From NCBI RefSeq assembly GCF_036321535.1, contig NC_087436.1, positions 21,082,001 through 21,146,000 on the forward strand: a DNA stretch of 64,000 nucleotides, in the 5' to 3' direction. The notes beneath the pieces are model-generated. The model made no database searches. It was not told the origin of the DNA and saw only the letters and a program-made list of their open reading frames with translations. The DNA is from Camelus dromedarius. Lineage: Eukaryota. Of the stretch, positions 28,220 to 41,492 are shown in pieces; the first letter of the stretch is position 1, and every line of letters begins with the position of its first letter. The position numbers were made by a program, and so were the translations under genes.

Positions 28220-28385
28220 TTGACTAGCTCTGTGACCGCAGGTGAGGCAAAGTTACTGAGCCGCAGGTGCTTCATTTGTCCAGCAGGTGCTTCATCCGTG
28301 TAATGTCAGGTGTGATTGCTCCCCTTCAAGGTTGTCGTACTGATTGGATTTTCACATGAGATAATGGATATGAAAGGACTCCTTC
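28220..28385 (+). mobile_element. MIR fragment
   Basis: tgactagctctgtgacc...ggcaaagttactgagcc...cttcat...ggttgtcgt...atgagataatggatatgaaag follows the order of the MIR core. Confidence 0.6.
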
Positions 28386-28666
28386 CTAGACGCAGCCGAG
28401 GTTAAGATCACACCTCAAATGTGCCAGTGAACCTCTGTACCCAGATCGTTGCTCTGCCTGCCGGACAACTCGTTCTCCTCCTCACCTGTGCTGGGAGCTC
28501 TGGAAGGCTTGCAGCTCACATTTAATTTGTCAAGATACACTGACTTGGGCTAAGTAATATTATTGTTTGTCCGAGCTGGGACATGATACGTTGATATGTT
28601 TTCTCTGTAGCCTCACTCTGACCTGAGTCCGGGTCCCTTCCCACTGTGCTCTGCTGCCTCTCTACA

Positions 28667-28750
28667 TATCCAGTTGAGCTATACAAAATTGCTGATATTC
28701 AGCCATTTCTGACCTGAAGAAAACCTGGTTTCCTGTGGTTTAACCTAATA
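28667..28750. mobile_element. MADE2-like Mariner MITE (about 84 bp, imperfect palindrome)
   Basis: tatccagttgagctatacaaaattgctgatattcagccatttctgacct...tttcctgtggtttaacctaata has TA-bounded degenerate inverted termini that match MADE2 as recalled. Confidence 0.7.
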
Positions 28751-28978
28751 GAAGGACGTGCCCAGCTGGCCAGCTTGCTGCCCAGATTCCCCTCCCTCCA
28801 TGACCTCTGCCGGTGGAGAAGGCTCTCTTCCCACTCAGATCCCTGCAAACTTAGGTTTAGAGAAACTCAGACTTTTCCAAAACTTCCGCATACATTATCA
28901 CGTTTGATCCTCATAACAATCTCAAAAGATAGGGAAGAACGTCTGAAAGAAAAGTTTTATTAAGAGTGCACCAAATAA

Positions 28979-29088
28979 GAGTGCATGCCTAACATGCACG
29001 AGGTCCTGGGTTCAATCCCTAGAACCTCCATTAAAAATAAATAAACAAACCTAATAACCTCCCCCACCAAAAAAGAAAAAAAGATATA
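28979..29088 (+). mobile_element. 5'-truncated Vic-1-like SINE
   Basis: gagtgcatgcctaacatgcacgaggtcctgggttcaatccctagaacctcc plus tail. accaaataa is repeated on both flanks. Confidence 0.85.
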
Positions 29089-29345
29089 ACCAAATAAATA
29101 TTTTGGAAATGAGTGTAAATTGTAATGTAATCAGAAGCATGAATAAGAAATAAATGAGACTAAGCACAGATTATGTACCTGGATGTGCTGCTTACCTAGT
29201 CAGTCACTGGCTCTCCAGAGTACTGAAGACCACGACCCTCTTGCTACCTCATCTAACCCGTTAGTCTGGTGGGTGGATCTGGAATTCACAGCATCTGTGT
29301 CTTCTAGCTAATGATAAATCATGACTCCATTGTGGGCAATTTATT

Positions 29346-30611
29346 ATTTTTTTCACATGAACATATATATATTTGTTTTCATATTTTTTACCATAAATTC
29401 CTGTAAGATACTGAATACAGTTCCCTGTGCTATACAATATAAACTTGTTGTTTATCTATTTCATATATATTAGTTAATATCTGAAAATCTCGAACTCCCA
29501 ATTTATCCGTTCCCCACTTCCCCTACTGCTAACCATAAGTTCATTTCCATGTCTGTGAGTCTGTTTCTGTTCTGTAAATAAGTTTGTCTTTTTTTTTTTT
29601 TAGGTTCTACATATAAGTGCTATCATATGGTATTTTTCTTTCTCTTTCTAGCTTACTTCACTTAGAATGACGATCTCCAGGTCCATCCATGTTACTGCAA
29701 ATTGCACTATTTTATTCTTTTTTATGGCTGAGTAGTATTCCATAGTATAAAATATACCATAGGTCTTTATCCAGTCATCTGGAATTGACATTTAGGTTAT
29801 TTTCATGTCTTGGCTATTGTATATAGTGCTTCTATGAACACTGGGGTGCATATATCTTTTTGAATTAAGGTTCCCTCTGGATATATGCCCAGGAGTGGGA
29901 TTGCTGGATCATATGGTAAGTCTATTTTTAGTTTTTTGAGGAATCTCCGTGCTGTTTTTCGTCATGACTGCGTCAAACTACATTCCCACCAGAAGTGTAG
30001 GAGGATTCCCTTTTCTCCACACCCTCTCCAGCATTTATAATCTGTGGACTTTTGAATGATGGCCATTCTGACTAGTGTGAGGTGATAACCTCATTGTAGT
30101 TTTGATTTGCATTTCTCTGATAATTAGTGATATTGAGCATTTTTTCATGTGCCTATTAGCCATTTGTATGTCTTCAATAGAGAATTGCTTGTTTAGGTCT
30201 TCTGCCCATTTTTTTATTGGATTGTTTGGTTTTTTGTTATTAAGTTGTATGAGCTGTTTATACAGTCTGGAAATTAAGCTCTTGTCAGTCTCGTCTTTTT
30301 GCAAATATTTTCTCCCGTTCTATAGGTTGTCTTTTTTTTTTTTCCTTATGCTTTCCTTTGCTGTGCAAAAACTTATAAGCTTGATTAGGTCCCATTTGTT
30401 TATTTTTGCTTTTATTTCTATTGCCTGGGTAGACTGCGCTAGGAGATCATTGCTGAGATTTATGTCAGAGCATGTTTTTCCTACGTTTTCTTCTAAGAGG
30501 TTTATAGTATCTTGTCTTATGTTTAAGTCTTTAAGCCATTTTGAGTTTATTTTTGTGTATGGTGTGAGAGAGTGTTCTAACTTCATTGATTTACATGCAG
30601 CTGTCCAGTTT
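29346..30611 (-). mobile_element. 5'-truncated L1, about 1.27 kb, with TSD
   Basis: 13-bp TSD tgggcaatttatt at 29333-29345 and 30612-30624. Minus-strand ORFs 30035..30304 and 30320..30586 ([33 protein letters not shown]) are L1 ORF2. Confidence 0.95.
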
Positions 30612-30862
30612 TGGGCAATTTATTTAAACTGCTAGATTGCTCAGGGAACAGAGAGCCCTGTCATCCTGGCCCTAGAGCACAGTAATCAAATAGAGTTACC
30701 TCCTCCAGTGGGGAAGCAAAAGAAAACAGAGTGAGATAAAAATGGAGGAAAAGATTCTTTAGTTCAGTACATGAAATGACCCAGTTACTTTGTCTGCATC
30801 TGTCTAGATTGTTTCCAAAAATGAGGATGATTATCTGATCTCCAAATAGGAAGTTGCTCCCT

Positions 30863-30958
30863 TACATTATGTTACATTGCATTGCATTGCATTGCATTGC
30901 ATTGCATTGCATTGCATTACATTACATTACATTACATTACATTACATTGTGTTGCATT
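30863..30958. repeat. Compound pentanucleotide microsatellite (CATTG)n(CATTA)n
   Basis: Directly visible; it produces the HCIAL/HYITL repeat in ORF 30877..31095. Confidence 0.95.
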
Positions 30959-33658
30959 CTCTGGAAAGAAGAGTATGGTCCACATCCTCCCTGAATCCTC
31001 TACACTCTGAAGAAGTAAGAATGCACATGGTTTCTCCCTTCCAGTTAAACCGCATGGAACCCCAACTCCCAGACAGAAGTGCCCATTGCATGTGATCATG
31101 CAATTAGTGTATTTCTACTTCCCTACTAGTTGCAAACTTCTGCTAATACAACCTTTTTAATTATGATTATTATTACTCTCTCAAGTTTTGCTTTGAGAGT
31201 TTTTACGTAATTTTATTTTGTGTCAAAAGCAACATATGTTGCCTCTACTGAGGCTTATAAAAAAATTTAAGAAAAACTCGTGTTCTTTATTTTTTCACAC
31301 TGCTTCCACTGAGTTTATATTGAAAAACTCTACTTTAAAAAGGAAGAAAAGGGTATGGAAACTTGTATTATTATCCATAGCTGTAATATGCTGGGTTTGT
31401 ATTCTTCAAAATGGAGAGGCAAATATATCATCAAGACAGTTTGGGGACATCCCCTACCTAACCCCACATTTCCAAAGACTGCAGAAGTGGATTTAGAAAC
31501 ATTGCAGGGGAGGTAGCATTGCCATAGCTTACGAGGATACACCAAGAGAAATGACTACAGGTATCTTATCTGTTTGCTCTGGGTTCCCACCCACCCGTTT
31601 CTGGGAAACCAGATGGGAGTTTTCACAAAACAGCCCATTGTTCCTCAAGAAGAAAATGGACAGGAACCTTTGGGGTTGGAAACTCCCAGAGGAGCCAGTT
31701 CTCCCTCCCAGCCTGGGGATGTGAATAGCCACTGAGGCCCTGAAAGGAGAGAATCAGGCAGGCCAAGGAATCACTGAACAGAAGTGAATGACACAAAAGA
31801 ACTGGGAATGGAATAATAAATATCCTTGTGCTGGAAGGGGATGTGGCCTATTTCACCTAACAGAGCACATTTTTGAAATTGCTACCCACAACTCCAAGAT
31901 CAAAGGGAGACGGCTAGGGGAAAGAAAACGGAGATCCATCTGATAGGCAATTTGACTTTTTCTCTTACCCAATTTGCTAATTCTTCTATCTCAAGTTACT
32001 TACTTTTCTCTGAATTTATAACTATTGAAAAAGAAACATTATTTTATAATCTGTAGACATGCAGCTGGAGCTCTGCACATCGAGCCAGAAGTCAGAGTAG
32101 CACATTTCCTCACCATAAGGCACTGTGAGCATTTTCCAATTGACTAATGACATTAACTGACACTGAGTGACGATTGTTACTCATGGGTACTGTTTCCAAA
32201 TGCATGATGAATAGGTGCTTATGTAATTCAAATACATTTTCAAGTTATATTATGCTAGTAATTGTGGAAGCTAAATGCTTATGACAATAAAGCTATTTGA
32301 TAATGGCATGGAGTAGTAGAAAACTTAAGGATATATATTATTACATTTTCATTGGGTAATTATTAAACATTTAAGATCAAATATCCTGTTTGATCTTTTT
32401 CCAAGTTTAAGGTCAGAAACCATTTGACACTTGACAATGGCTGCTGCTTTACCATTCAGTATTTTATTTTACCTAACTGAGCATCAGCATTTATTAGATG
32501 TGTTTTCAAAATCTTCTTTAGAAGTATATAATCTTTTTTGTTTTAAAGTTTTATTTTCAATTTTTAAATTATTGTGTTTTTAGAAGAAGAGATGGAAACT
32601 AGAATTAGTAAATAATTTGCATCAAAATTAAATCTTCCTGAATACTGTATTTGGATAAAATACTTGGTATATTTTTTCTATTTTTTTTCATCTAATGGGA
32701 TGTAATTGTGAAATATAAATGCATTATGCCCTTTAAATTTGATAAGTTAGAAATTCTGCAGTTGGGTGTTTTTCTTCATTATTACTTCAATAGTTGCTTT
32801 CTCAGTCATTCCTATTCCAAAATCTACCTTTTTTGTACACTCAGACTCTTTCCTTGTCCTACCTAGCCCTGTCAGTGTCTCCTCCCTGACTCTGGTCTCT
32901 GCCATCTTCTTTGCCTTCCCTTTTTATCTTTCTATGGCTTCTTTTTTTAGGCAGATTATACTGCCTCGCCCAGTGTCTGGCACATACAGATATTTGGTGC
33001 ATGTTGGTCCTTCTTTATCCCCCTCTCTGATTCTGTGTTTTCATGCTCTTTTTTAGAACATTAGGACATCAATTTTGTTCTACAGTTTGTTTGTTTTTTT
33101 TTAAGTTGATTCTTCTTTTACAGGAAGGAAAGTAGGGCACTTAACAATAATAGCTTAAGCTATAAAAGTCACACTTGCCCACACTCCCCTACCTACAAGG
33201 CCTCTCACATACCGTGCTTCATTTCCTTCTGTCCTCAACCCCATTTTACAGAGGAGGGAACAGAGCTGGAGGGACTGGACAAAGGCACTGAGATAATGTG
33301 TGAGAAGACAGAGCCTCAGGTCTTCCCATCTGAACCAGACAACCTGATGCTTCCCCTTCAGAATCCTGCCCAGAAAAAGGGTGACAGTAAATCAGACTCC
33401 ACTAAATAGCTCTTGTCCCCAGCTTGTAAACTCTGATTTTTCTCTCCACAGGAAAAATTATTTAAATGTACTTAATATTGTATCCTTCTCATTTTCCTCA
33501 GATTAACTTAGGCAGTGCTCAGGCTACCTTCTAAAATCAATGGGGAGTGTTTGATTATTCAAATTCAAACTTTCTTTCATTCTTTTCCCAAAACACAAAA
33601 GAAGTGTGAAACAGATTTTTATCAGAGATGCAATAAAATCCTTTAACTTCATTTACAC

Positions 33659-33890
33659 CAGTGGTTCTCGACCAGAGATGATTCTTCTCCCTGAAGAACA
33701 TTTGGCAACATCCAGAGATATTTTTTATTGTCACAACTTGGAGGAAGGAGGGACAGCTGGGAGGGACTGCCACTGGTATTTAGTAGGCAGCAAGGCCAGA
33801 TGCTGAACATCCTTCGATGCACAGAACAGCCCCTTATGACAAAGAATTATCCAACCCAAATGTCAGTAGCAATGAGGTTGAACACCCCTG
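33659..33890 (+). mobile_element. MER20 hAT-Charlie MITE, near full length
   Basis: cagtggttctc...acatttggcaacatccagagatattttttattgtcacaac...aaagaattatccaacccaaatgtcagtag...gaggttgaacacccctg, with CAG...CTG termini. Confidence 0.82.
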
Positions 33891-36584
33891 CCCTAGAGTC
33901 TAATAAATAATAGTTATGCCAGTTTGCTGTAGGAAAAACAGTGTCATCCATTGATAGAAAGATTATACTTATGTTTGAAAACATTCTTTTTTTGACTTCT
34001 AGATAGTTTTATACCAGACTCCCACATTGTGATAAAACTAACTCAAGTGCTGCTTATTTTCTATTCTGTTACCTGTTTTCCCTTCACTGGCTCCCAAATG
34101 TAACTGTCCTCAAAGTTTAATTCTCTGTCTTTTCAACAGTTACTCTCTCTTGAAGTACATACATAGCATCAGCAACACAATGTCCTTGACTTATGTAAAT
34201 TGAATTTTCATACAATCCAGAATCTTTACTTTTATTCATTATACCTTAAACCACTTCTCATACATGGAATGTAGCTGCTAATGCATCAGCTGGCTGCCTG
34301 CTGATGAAGGGGGAGGGGGGTAGGGAGGGGGCACGGGGGGAGTTGTGCCTGTGCAGTGATCCTGGCTAAAGCCTGTGGGGGTCACAGCCAAGGCCAAAGC
34401 AGCACTCTCTGGCCTCCACCTGGAGAGGGTGCAGTCACAGTCTTCACCCCTTCTCCCCCTCAGAGTTCCCTGACTTCAGAAAAGCCAGGCATCCTTGCTC
34501 AGGGGGCACCGTCATTTCCTCGTTGTAACGTGGGTGGTCAGTGGCAGAGCCAGATCTGGGGCCATCTATCTCCAGAGACCACGCTCTTAACCACTCGATG
34601 ACAAATTAGCTACATTCGGGGTGGGAACGTGTTTCTGTCTTTATTTCTGAGCCTTTTTTATTATGCTTGTTTTGATTCAGAGGATCTGAACTGCAAAAGA
34701 TTCTGCCCAGTTTCCTTGTGAAGTTTTTAAGTTGCATTGATCCACGACTCATCACAGTGGCGGCTCAGAGTCAGACACAGAGCCCTGGTCAGACGTCACA
34801 GAACTAGGGTCTGGTCAGGGCCGCCACTACCCTGTGTGGACCTGGTCAGGGTACTTCAACAGCCCAAAACGGCTCATCTAGTTATACAGAGAGACTGCTA
34901 TTTGCCCTACTCTGTAGTGTGATTGTCAGAATAGAATAAAGAGGATGGGAAAGAACTTTGAAAAAGACACAAAAGAAAAAGTAAACATACAGTATAATTT
35001 TGACTCATGATTTCAAAATTCAAAGGACTATATACATGAAGAATTAAAGTGGTTTCAAACTGGAAACAAGACCAATCTCATTTTTAATTGCATAGGAGGA
35101 TTTCTGGGATATTTGTTTTACATTTTTCTGTATTAGGATATCAACAATAATATTAATTATGTGATCTATAAAGAGAGAGAGAAGACAGATGGAGAGTAAA
35201 CATGAAGTTTGACATTTGCACCCATCAGTGAGGTCCTGGTATGCCAAATGAGCATGATTGGTGACGTAATGAAATTATAATTTTAATTGTATGTCCTTTT
35301 AACATTTATTCAATGGTGGTGGTTGGGAGGAAGGACTTGGGCAGGTTACATAACTTTTCTGACGACTCTCAGATAAAAACATCTTACAGTCATATTAAAT
35401 CAAAAACAGTGTCAGTCTGGTCACTAGAATTCCCAAGGAATAACCAAATCTCAGAACTTGTTCTGTGTTAAGCCTTCTCTATAGCTATGGACCAGAACTT
35501 TTGATATGGAGGTGGGGAGGGGCAGAAAGGGAGCAGGGGTTGGGGGAGGAGGGACAGGGACCAACTTCTGCTCTGTCCATGCCCATGGTTCTTCCAGCTT
35601 CCTAGCAAGGCTTTGCCCTTTCAGGGTTGACCCCAGAGAGTGAAGGGATGGGGGATAGAGCACAGTCTGGTATGGGAAGTATCATTGCCATCTGATGCCA
35701 GGGCACCTGGGTGGCAGCTATTTAAAGGACACACTTTCTTTAGTTGTTATTTTCATGAGTTTCTTGAAGATTCCTGTTGCTGGAGCTCCCTCACCTGCAG
35801 TCCTTTTTCTCTTTCCTCCTTTCCAGCCCATGGAATCTGGAGGTCAGTTTCCAGCTTCCTTTCTGCTGAGATTCCATTGCCTTCTTCATTGGCCCTATTG
35901 GGAGGATGACCACCTCTGGTCCACACACCTGCTTTCTTTCTCCTACTCTTTGGGATACTTTTTCCCCCCAATACTTTCCAAATGTAGCCCTGTCTACTCT
36001 CTCTCCCTGTCAAGACCATTTAAGATTTTTCAGGAATGCATTAGTCAGCTCTCCAGGAGGTTCACTGAAGCCCACTCCCACCAGGCTGGGGATGAAGACG
36101 GCAGGCCCACCTCATGCCCACATCCTTCCCGGGTGGTGGTAGAGATTGCCTCCAGTGCACCAGCTTTTCCTAAAGTACTCGCCTCACAAATCCTCCTTTC
36201 TTGCCACACTCTGCCCCCTTTTGATAAGCTTGATCTGATGTAGGGGTTCAGTAGTAGTGGAACCGGTCAGTAAAGCTTTCTGCTGTAAGCTTTGCACACA
36301 GTGATCTGTCCTGTGCTCACTCTGGTGTCTGATATCTATTATATTGGCCTATCTGAAACTGAGTCAGAGAGTCCTATATGAACATCCTTTTACGAGTGGC
36401 TCTTTGCAGCTGCAAGCACTCCCAGCTCTGCTCTTTCTTCCAATTTGTTCATAGTACACAGCCCCAGTAAGGGGCCAGGCTGACCGTCAGCAGAGGCCTT
36501 ATTTTAAAAACCCTTGGTTTCAGAAGCAAAGTACAAACCACAGTCACTCATCTTATCCATCTCTTTTATCCCCATCAATTATAG

Positions 36585-36731
36585 GAGGAAATAAGAGAAT
36601 AAATCAACGTTTCCGTCTCTACTGGGCTTGGATCGCTTTGGAGAGAGAGTACTACATCGTGAATGAGGACTCCACGGGCTTAGAAGTGACTCTCACACGC
36701 AGAGGGTATCTTGGAGAAACATCTTTTATCA
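36585..36731 (+). CDS. FREM3: FREM3 internal exon (probably exon 3), 147 nt, start of Calx-beta domain 1
   Basis: Not in the ORF track; translated by hand. Acceptor ctcttttatccccatcaattatag, donor A|gtaagt. Reads (G)[48 protein letters not shown](S); [12 protein letters not shown] is the FREM2/3 motif. In frame with the previous exon. Confidence 0.93.
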
Positions 36732-38704
36732 GTAAGTAACTGGACTGGTTGTTGGCAAAAGGTAATGGAAACATGAAATTTAGGCTTCAAGATTACTATA
36801 AGAGAATGGATTGAAACAGAATCAAAAATGGATTGGAGAAAACTTCTGAAAAAAATGTGTGTGCAATTATGCCATGGTTTTCATGCCATGTGAATTACAG
36901 GCTTATATACAGCAATTTTTTATCCTCTGTCTCTATTTTCCCCTTTCTTTTTCTTTTCAACTCAAAGGACTACAGGAAAATTAAAACATTTCATAGCCAT
37001 CACTCAGTTTCTTTCAAAATTGCTTTTAAGCATATAACACATTATTGTGCTTATTTCTAGCTATTTCTTTTGAAAAATTATTTGAGTACATGATCTATTA
37101 TTGTGTTATTTTCAGCTCTTTCTTTTGATTATGTGTAATTTTTTTTACCCTGCTATTAGGTTATAAGTTCCTCCAAGATATGAACAGTGGGAAATGTTTC
37201 TATGTTCTACAAAAAAACTGTGCATCTTTGGGGTAAACAGACATGTAATGCCTACATAATACATCTCATTCGCATCTTTAATAATCAGTGATAATTGCTC
37301 TAATAATGCATTTCATTTCTGTAACATTTTTAGCTGCCAGAACTCATCATTTTGCCATTATTTTCATAATCTGTTGTGAAGACAGATAGCAGTGTGTTAT
37401 CTTCACTTTACAAATGAGCATTTTGAGTTTATCAGATATTTGGGGTCCAGAGTCCTGCCAACCTATCAGGGCTATTGGAGAGAAGCCAGGAAAGAGATGG
37501 CTGGGAACAGACAATCAAGGAAAGGCGTGCTTTTCCCCATCTCCTCTCCAGGCTCAGGGCCTCTGAGTCAGGACTGTTCCCCTAGGAGAAGAGGCCAGCC
37601 AGAGAACACCCTGATTCCCACGTGGCCCTCAGCCTCCATCTACCCGCAGGTCACTTTGTCAACACACAGTGGAACTTGCTGTCAGGAACTTCAGCTGAAA
37701 CATGGCCTCTTTCTTCTTGGGAGGTTCTGTGTCCACGATTCTTTATCTTGGGAATTTCTCATGGGCAAAGATTTGGGTTATTATGTTGAGAAGTATTTTC
37801 ATATCCTGCCTGGCTCAGGGGAAGAAACTGTCTCTGCCCAGAACCGTTTGGATGCTTGTAGAGTAACTAACCTCCTCAGGGAAGTGGCCCCGGACCTCCC
37901 CATCTGAGCCAGCACCCCCGTGTGCACTCTCCCTGTGCCCCGCTTTATTGTTTCTTCATGGCATTCACCATCCCTGATATGCATCATATGTCCGTCTGTC
38001 CACTGCCTGTCTTCCTCGGTAGATTTCCAGCTCCATAAGGGCAGGAAATACATCTTGGGTCATGGCCAACCCCCCAAAACAGCGTGGGGCATATTGCAGT
38101 CAAGCAATATTTATTGTTAAGTGAACTACAGTCAGCTCTTTCGTTCTATAAAATATTACTTAAAACCACATCAACATCACAATATCTACAAAATACCTTA
38201 CTCGGTGCTCCGGGAAGCCCTCCCTCCCGCCTCTCCCCAGCCCATGCCGGGGTTAGTAGTCCAAGCACAGGATCTAGGAGAAAGCAAGACAAGACAGAAC
38301 AACTGTGGGATTTGGACTCTTGCTCAGATATGTACTCTGGTTTTTTGTGACACACTAATGACCTTCAATTTCCTCATCTGTAAAGTATCCATCTCAAGAT
38401 TTATTTGTGGATTAAATGTGATAATGAGTATAAATCAATCTAGCCGAGTCCCTAGCACACAATGAATACTCAATAAATGTGAACGACCACTAGTATTTCA
38501 CTGCTCTCATCCAACAGAACTGAAATCACCTGTTTCTCTCCCCCAAAGACTTGCAAACCCCTCAGGGGTAGTGGTGGCTGTACCTAGTCCAGCATTACAT
38601 CCTCAGCACCTTGCGTAGAGCCGGTACTCACCAAAAATTAATGGCCACGTGCCTGCACAATTTATATACCAGTGTCACCTAGCTCTACTTAAACTGTTGC
38701 TGAG

Positions 38705-39381
38705 CACTGTGGGAAGCAATATGGAGGGTTCTCAAAAAACTAAAAATAGAACTACCATATGATCCAGAGATTGCACCCCTGGGTATATGTCTGAAAAAAC
38801 AAAGACACTAATTAGAAAAGACACATGCACCCCAATGTTCATAGCAGCATTGTTAATAATTGCCAAGATACATAAGCAACTTAAGTGTCCATCAACAGAT
38901 GAATGGATAAAGAAGATGCCATATATATATTATATATATACATATACACATATGCATACACACAAGGGAACATTAGTCACAAAAAAGAATGAAAGTTTGC
39001 CAATTGCAGCAACATGGACATCACACTAAGTGAAGTAAGTCAGAGAAAGACAAACACTGTATAATATCACTTACATGGAGAATCTAAAAAATACAACAAA
39101 CTAGTAAATATAACAAAAAAGAAGCAGACTCACAGATACAGAGAACAAACTAGTGGTGACCAACAAGGAGAGGGGAGGGGGGAGGGGCAAGGTAGGGGAA
39201 GGGAATTAAGAGATACAAACTGTTAGGTACAAAATAAGCTACAAGGACGTACTGTACAACATGGGGAACTTAGCAAATATTTTATAATCACTATAAATGG
39301 AGTATAACATTTAAAAATTGTGAATCACTATATTGTACACCTGTAACAGCTACTATGCTTCAATTTTAAAAATAAATAAAT
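38705..39381 (+). mobile_element. 5'-truncated L1 with TSD
   Basis: TSD aactgttgctgag (38692-38704) / aactgtggctgag (39382-39394). Encodes KDTCTPMFIAAL...KCPSTDEWIKK. Confidence 0.92.
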
Positions 39382-40485
39382 AACTGTGGCTGAGGACACA
39401 CCCTCCTCTTCCTTATCTTTTCCATGTCAACATGGGACTGAAGGAGGCTCTTCCAAATTGGACATCCATTCTCAGTTGCCAAACTAGTATTAATGCAGGC
39501 TTTCTTCAGCAGTTTTGAAAAGTCAACGCTAGCTCTTCTATCCTGGAAATTATTTTCATGCTTTAGAGCTTCGGGCATCTTTTACACGATGTCAGATTCT
39601 CTGAGAATGAGGCCAGAAATGGCACAAGGGGCTCTGAATCTCATTTTATATAAAGCCTTTCACAATAGCTGGTGTCAGGCCATAATAGTTGATTTCACAC
39701 ATTCAAACAACTGCAGAGTCTAAACCTTATAATGAGACCTGGGTATCCATGCTCCGTTAGGTGTTCATTGGGATGTTAAATCAAAACCAAACAATACTAG
39801 AATGCTGAACACTCCCTGGAGAGGGGAGGATCGGTTCAGTTTTGATGTGCTAGTTCCTTCCACCCTTGTATATCACATTGCGGATTTTTAACAGTTTCAT
39901 TGTTGTTCAGTTCCTTCAGTAAGTTGCTTCTTCCTATTTCCTAACAGTATTCAAATCTATACCCATCTCTCTGTTTCCACCAACGGTGTCTTATTTATCT
40001 GGAAAATTACTAACAATCTCTCACCATCAAAAATCAGTAAACACATTTTTAAAAAATCAAGCCACTGTGACTAAAAATCTGCATGAGGAAAATAACCTAG
40101 AATTATTCTCCCAGAGGCTGCAGAAATTGAAATGATCAGATACAAAATATTTACTCAAAAAATACTTACTGACTTCCTACTCCATGCCAGGCACCGTTGT
40201 AGTCACTCGGAGTCCATCAGTGAACCAAACAGCCAAAGGTCTCTGTCTCCATGGGGTTTACATTCTAGCATCTTCTCCCTCAGACTCTGAGCTTTCTGGA
40301 GCTGGAACAGTTTCTTACTCACCTCTGAATCCCTAGCACCTAGCAGAGCTTGGCACATCAAATGCCCTCAGTGAACGTTTGTAGAGTTCTCTGTCCTCTC
40401 TCTTCTGTCACTCCTTCCCCACTTTCCTCTCACTTTCATGCCCCTCTGCTTAGATACATTGTCTTAGCCAAAAGTAGAGTTTATA

Positions 40486-40600
40486 ACTCTAATTCAAAAA
40501 GATGCATGTACCCCAATGTTCATCACAACACTTTGTAAAACAACCAAGACATAGAGACAACACAAATGTTCATCAGTAGATGATTGGCTTAAGAAACTGT

Positions 40601-40640
<40 letters not shown>

Positions 40641-41120
40641 GTGGAATATTACTCAGCCATAAAAAAGAATGAAATAATGCCATTTGTAGCAACATGGGTA
40701 GAACTAGGGAATATTATACTTAATGGAGTAAGATAGAGAAAGATTAATATTATAAATCACTTATATGTAGAATATAAAAAAATAGTACAAATGAGTCTAT
40801 ATACAAAACAGAAACAGATTCACAGACATAGAAAACAAACATGGTTATCCAAGGGGAAAGTGTGGGGTGGGATAAATTAGGAGTATGGGATTAACAGATA
40901 CAAACTACTATATATAAAATAGATAAACAATAAGGATTTACTGCATAACACAGGGAACTGTATTCAATATCTTATAATAGCCTATAATGGAAAATAATCA
41001 AAATTATATATATTTATTTATATATAAAAGTATTTATATATATTAAAAAACTGAATCATTTTGCTGTACACCTGAAGCTAACACAATATTGTAAATCAGC
41101 CGTACTTCAATTGAAAAAAA
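40486..41120 (+). mobile_element. 5'-truncated L1 containing (GT)18, ending about 140 bp upstream of the 41262 exon
   Basis: End of ORF2 plus 3' UTR. agtttataa is repeated on both flanks. (GT)18 at 40602-40637. Confidence 0.9.
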
Positions 41121-41261
41121 AGTTTATAAGTATCTTCTGGGAACATTAAAAGAAGCAATTTCTGTGTTATTTGCTTTTCATCAACAATAGAATCCACTGT
41201 GAAGGAACATCTCTTCTTCAGTCACTTGGCTTTATATTTATAGTCCCTGATTTTTGTTTAG

Positions 41262-41492
41262 GCATTGTAACCAAAGAAGAAACTGCAAAAGAAGGTAAAG
41301 ATTTTAAACAAAAGGCCGAGACACAGGTACAATTCAATCCTGGACAGACTACAGCCACGTGGAGAGTGAGAATTCTATCTGACAAGGAATACGAGGCATC
41401 AGAGACCTTCCAGATCATTCTGACGAACCCTATCTTGGCTGCAGTAGAGTTTCCAGAAATGGCAACTATTGAAATTGTGGACCCTGAAGATG
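41262..41492 (+). CDS. FREM3: FREM3 internal exon (probably exon 4), 231 nt, second half of Calx-beta domain 1
   Basis: Acceptor tttttgtttag, donor G|gtatgt. Reads (S)[76 protein letters not shown](E). Lies within ORF 41171..41500. Confidence 0.95.

Noticed and set aside
30102..30635. 177-aa hydrophobic ORF, and the similar one at 19581..19955
   Set aside because: These are the antisense frame of L1 ORF2, a common false transmembrane-protein call.
35695..36243. 182-aa ORF, the longest in the window
   Set aside because: No family similarity; low-information Ser/Pro/Leu/Phe composition; intronic, with no supporting gene signals.
37392..37907. 171-aa ORF
   Set aside because: It starts at a non-ATG codon inside MIR-like sequence and has no recognisable protein features.
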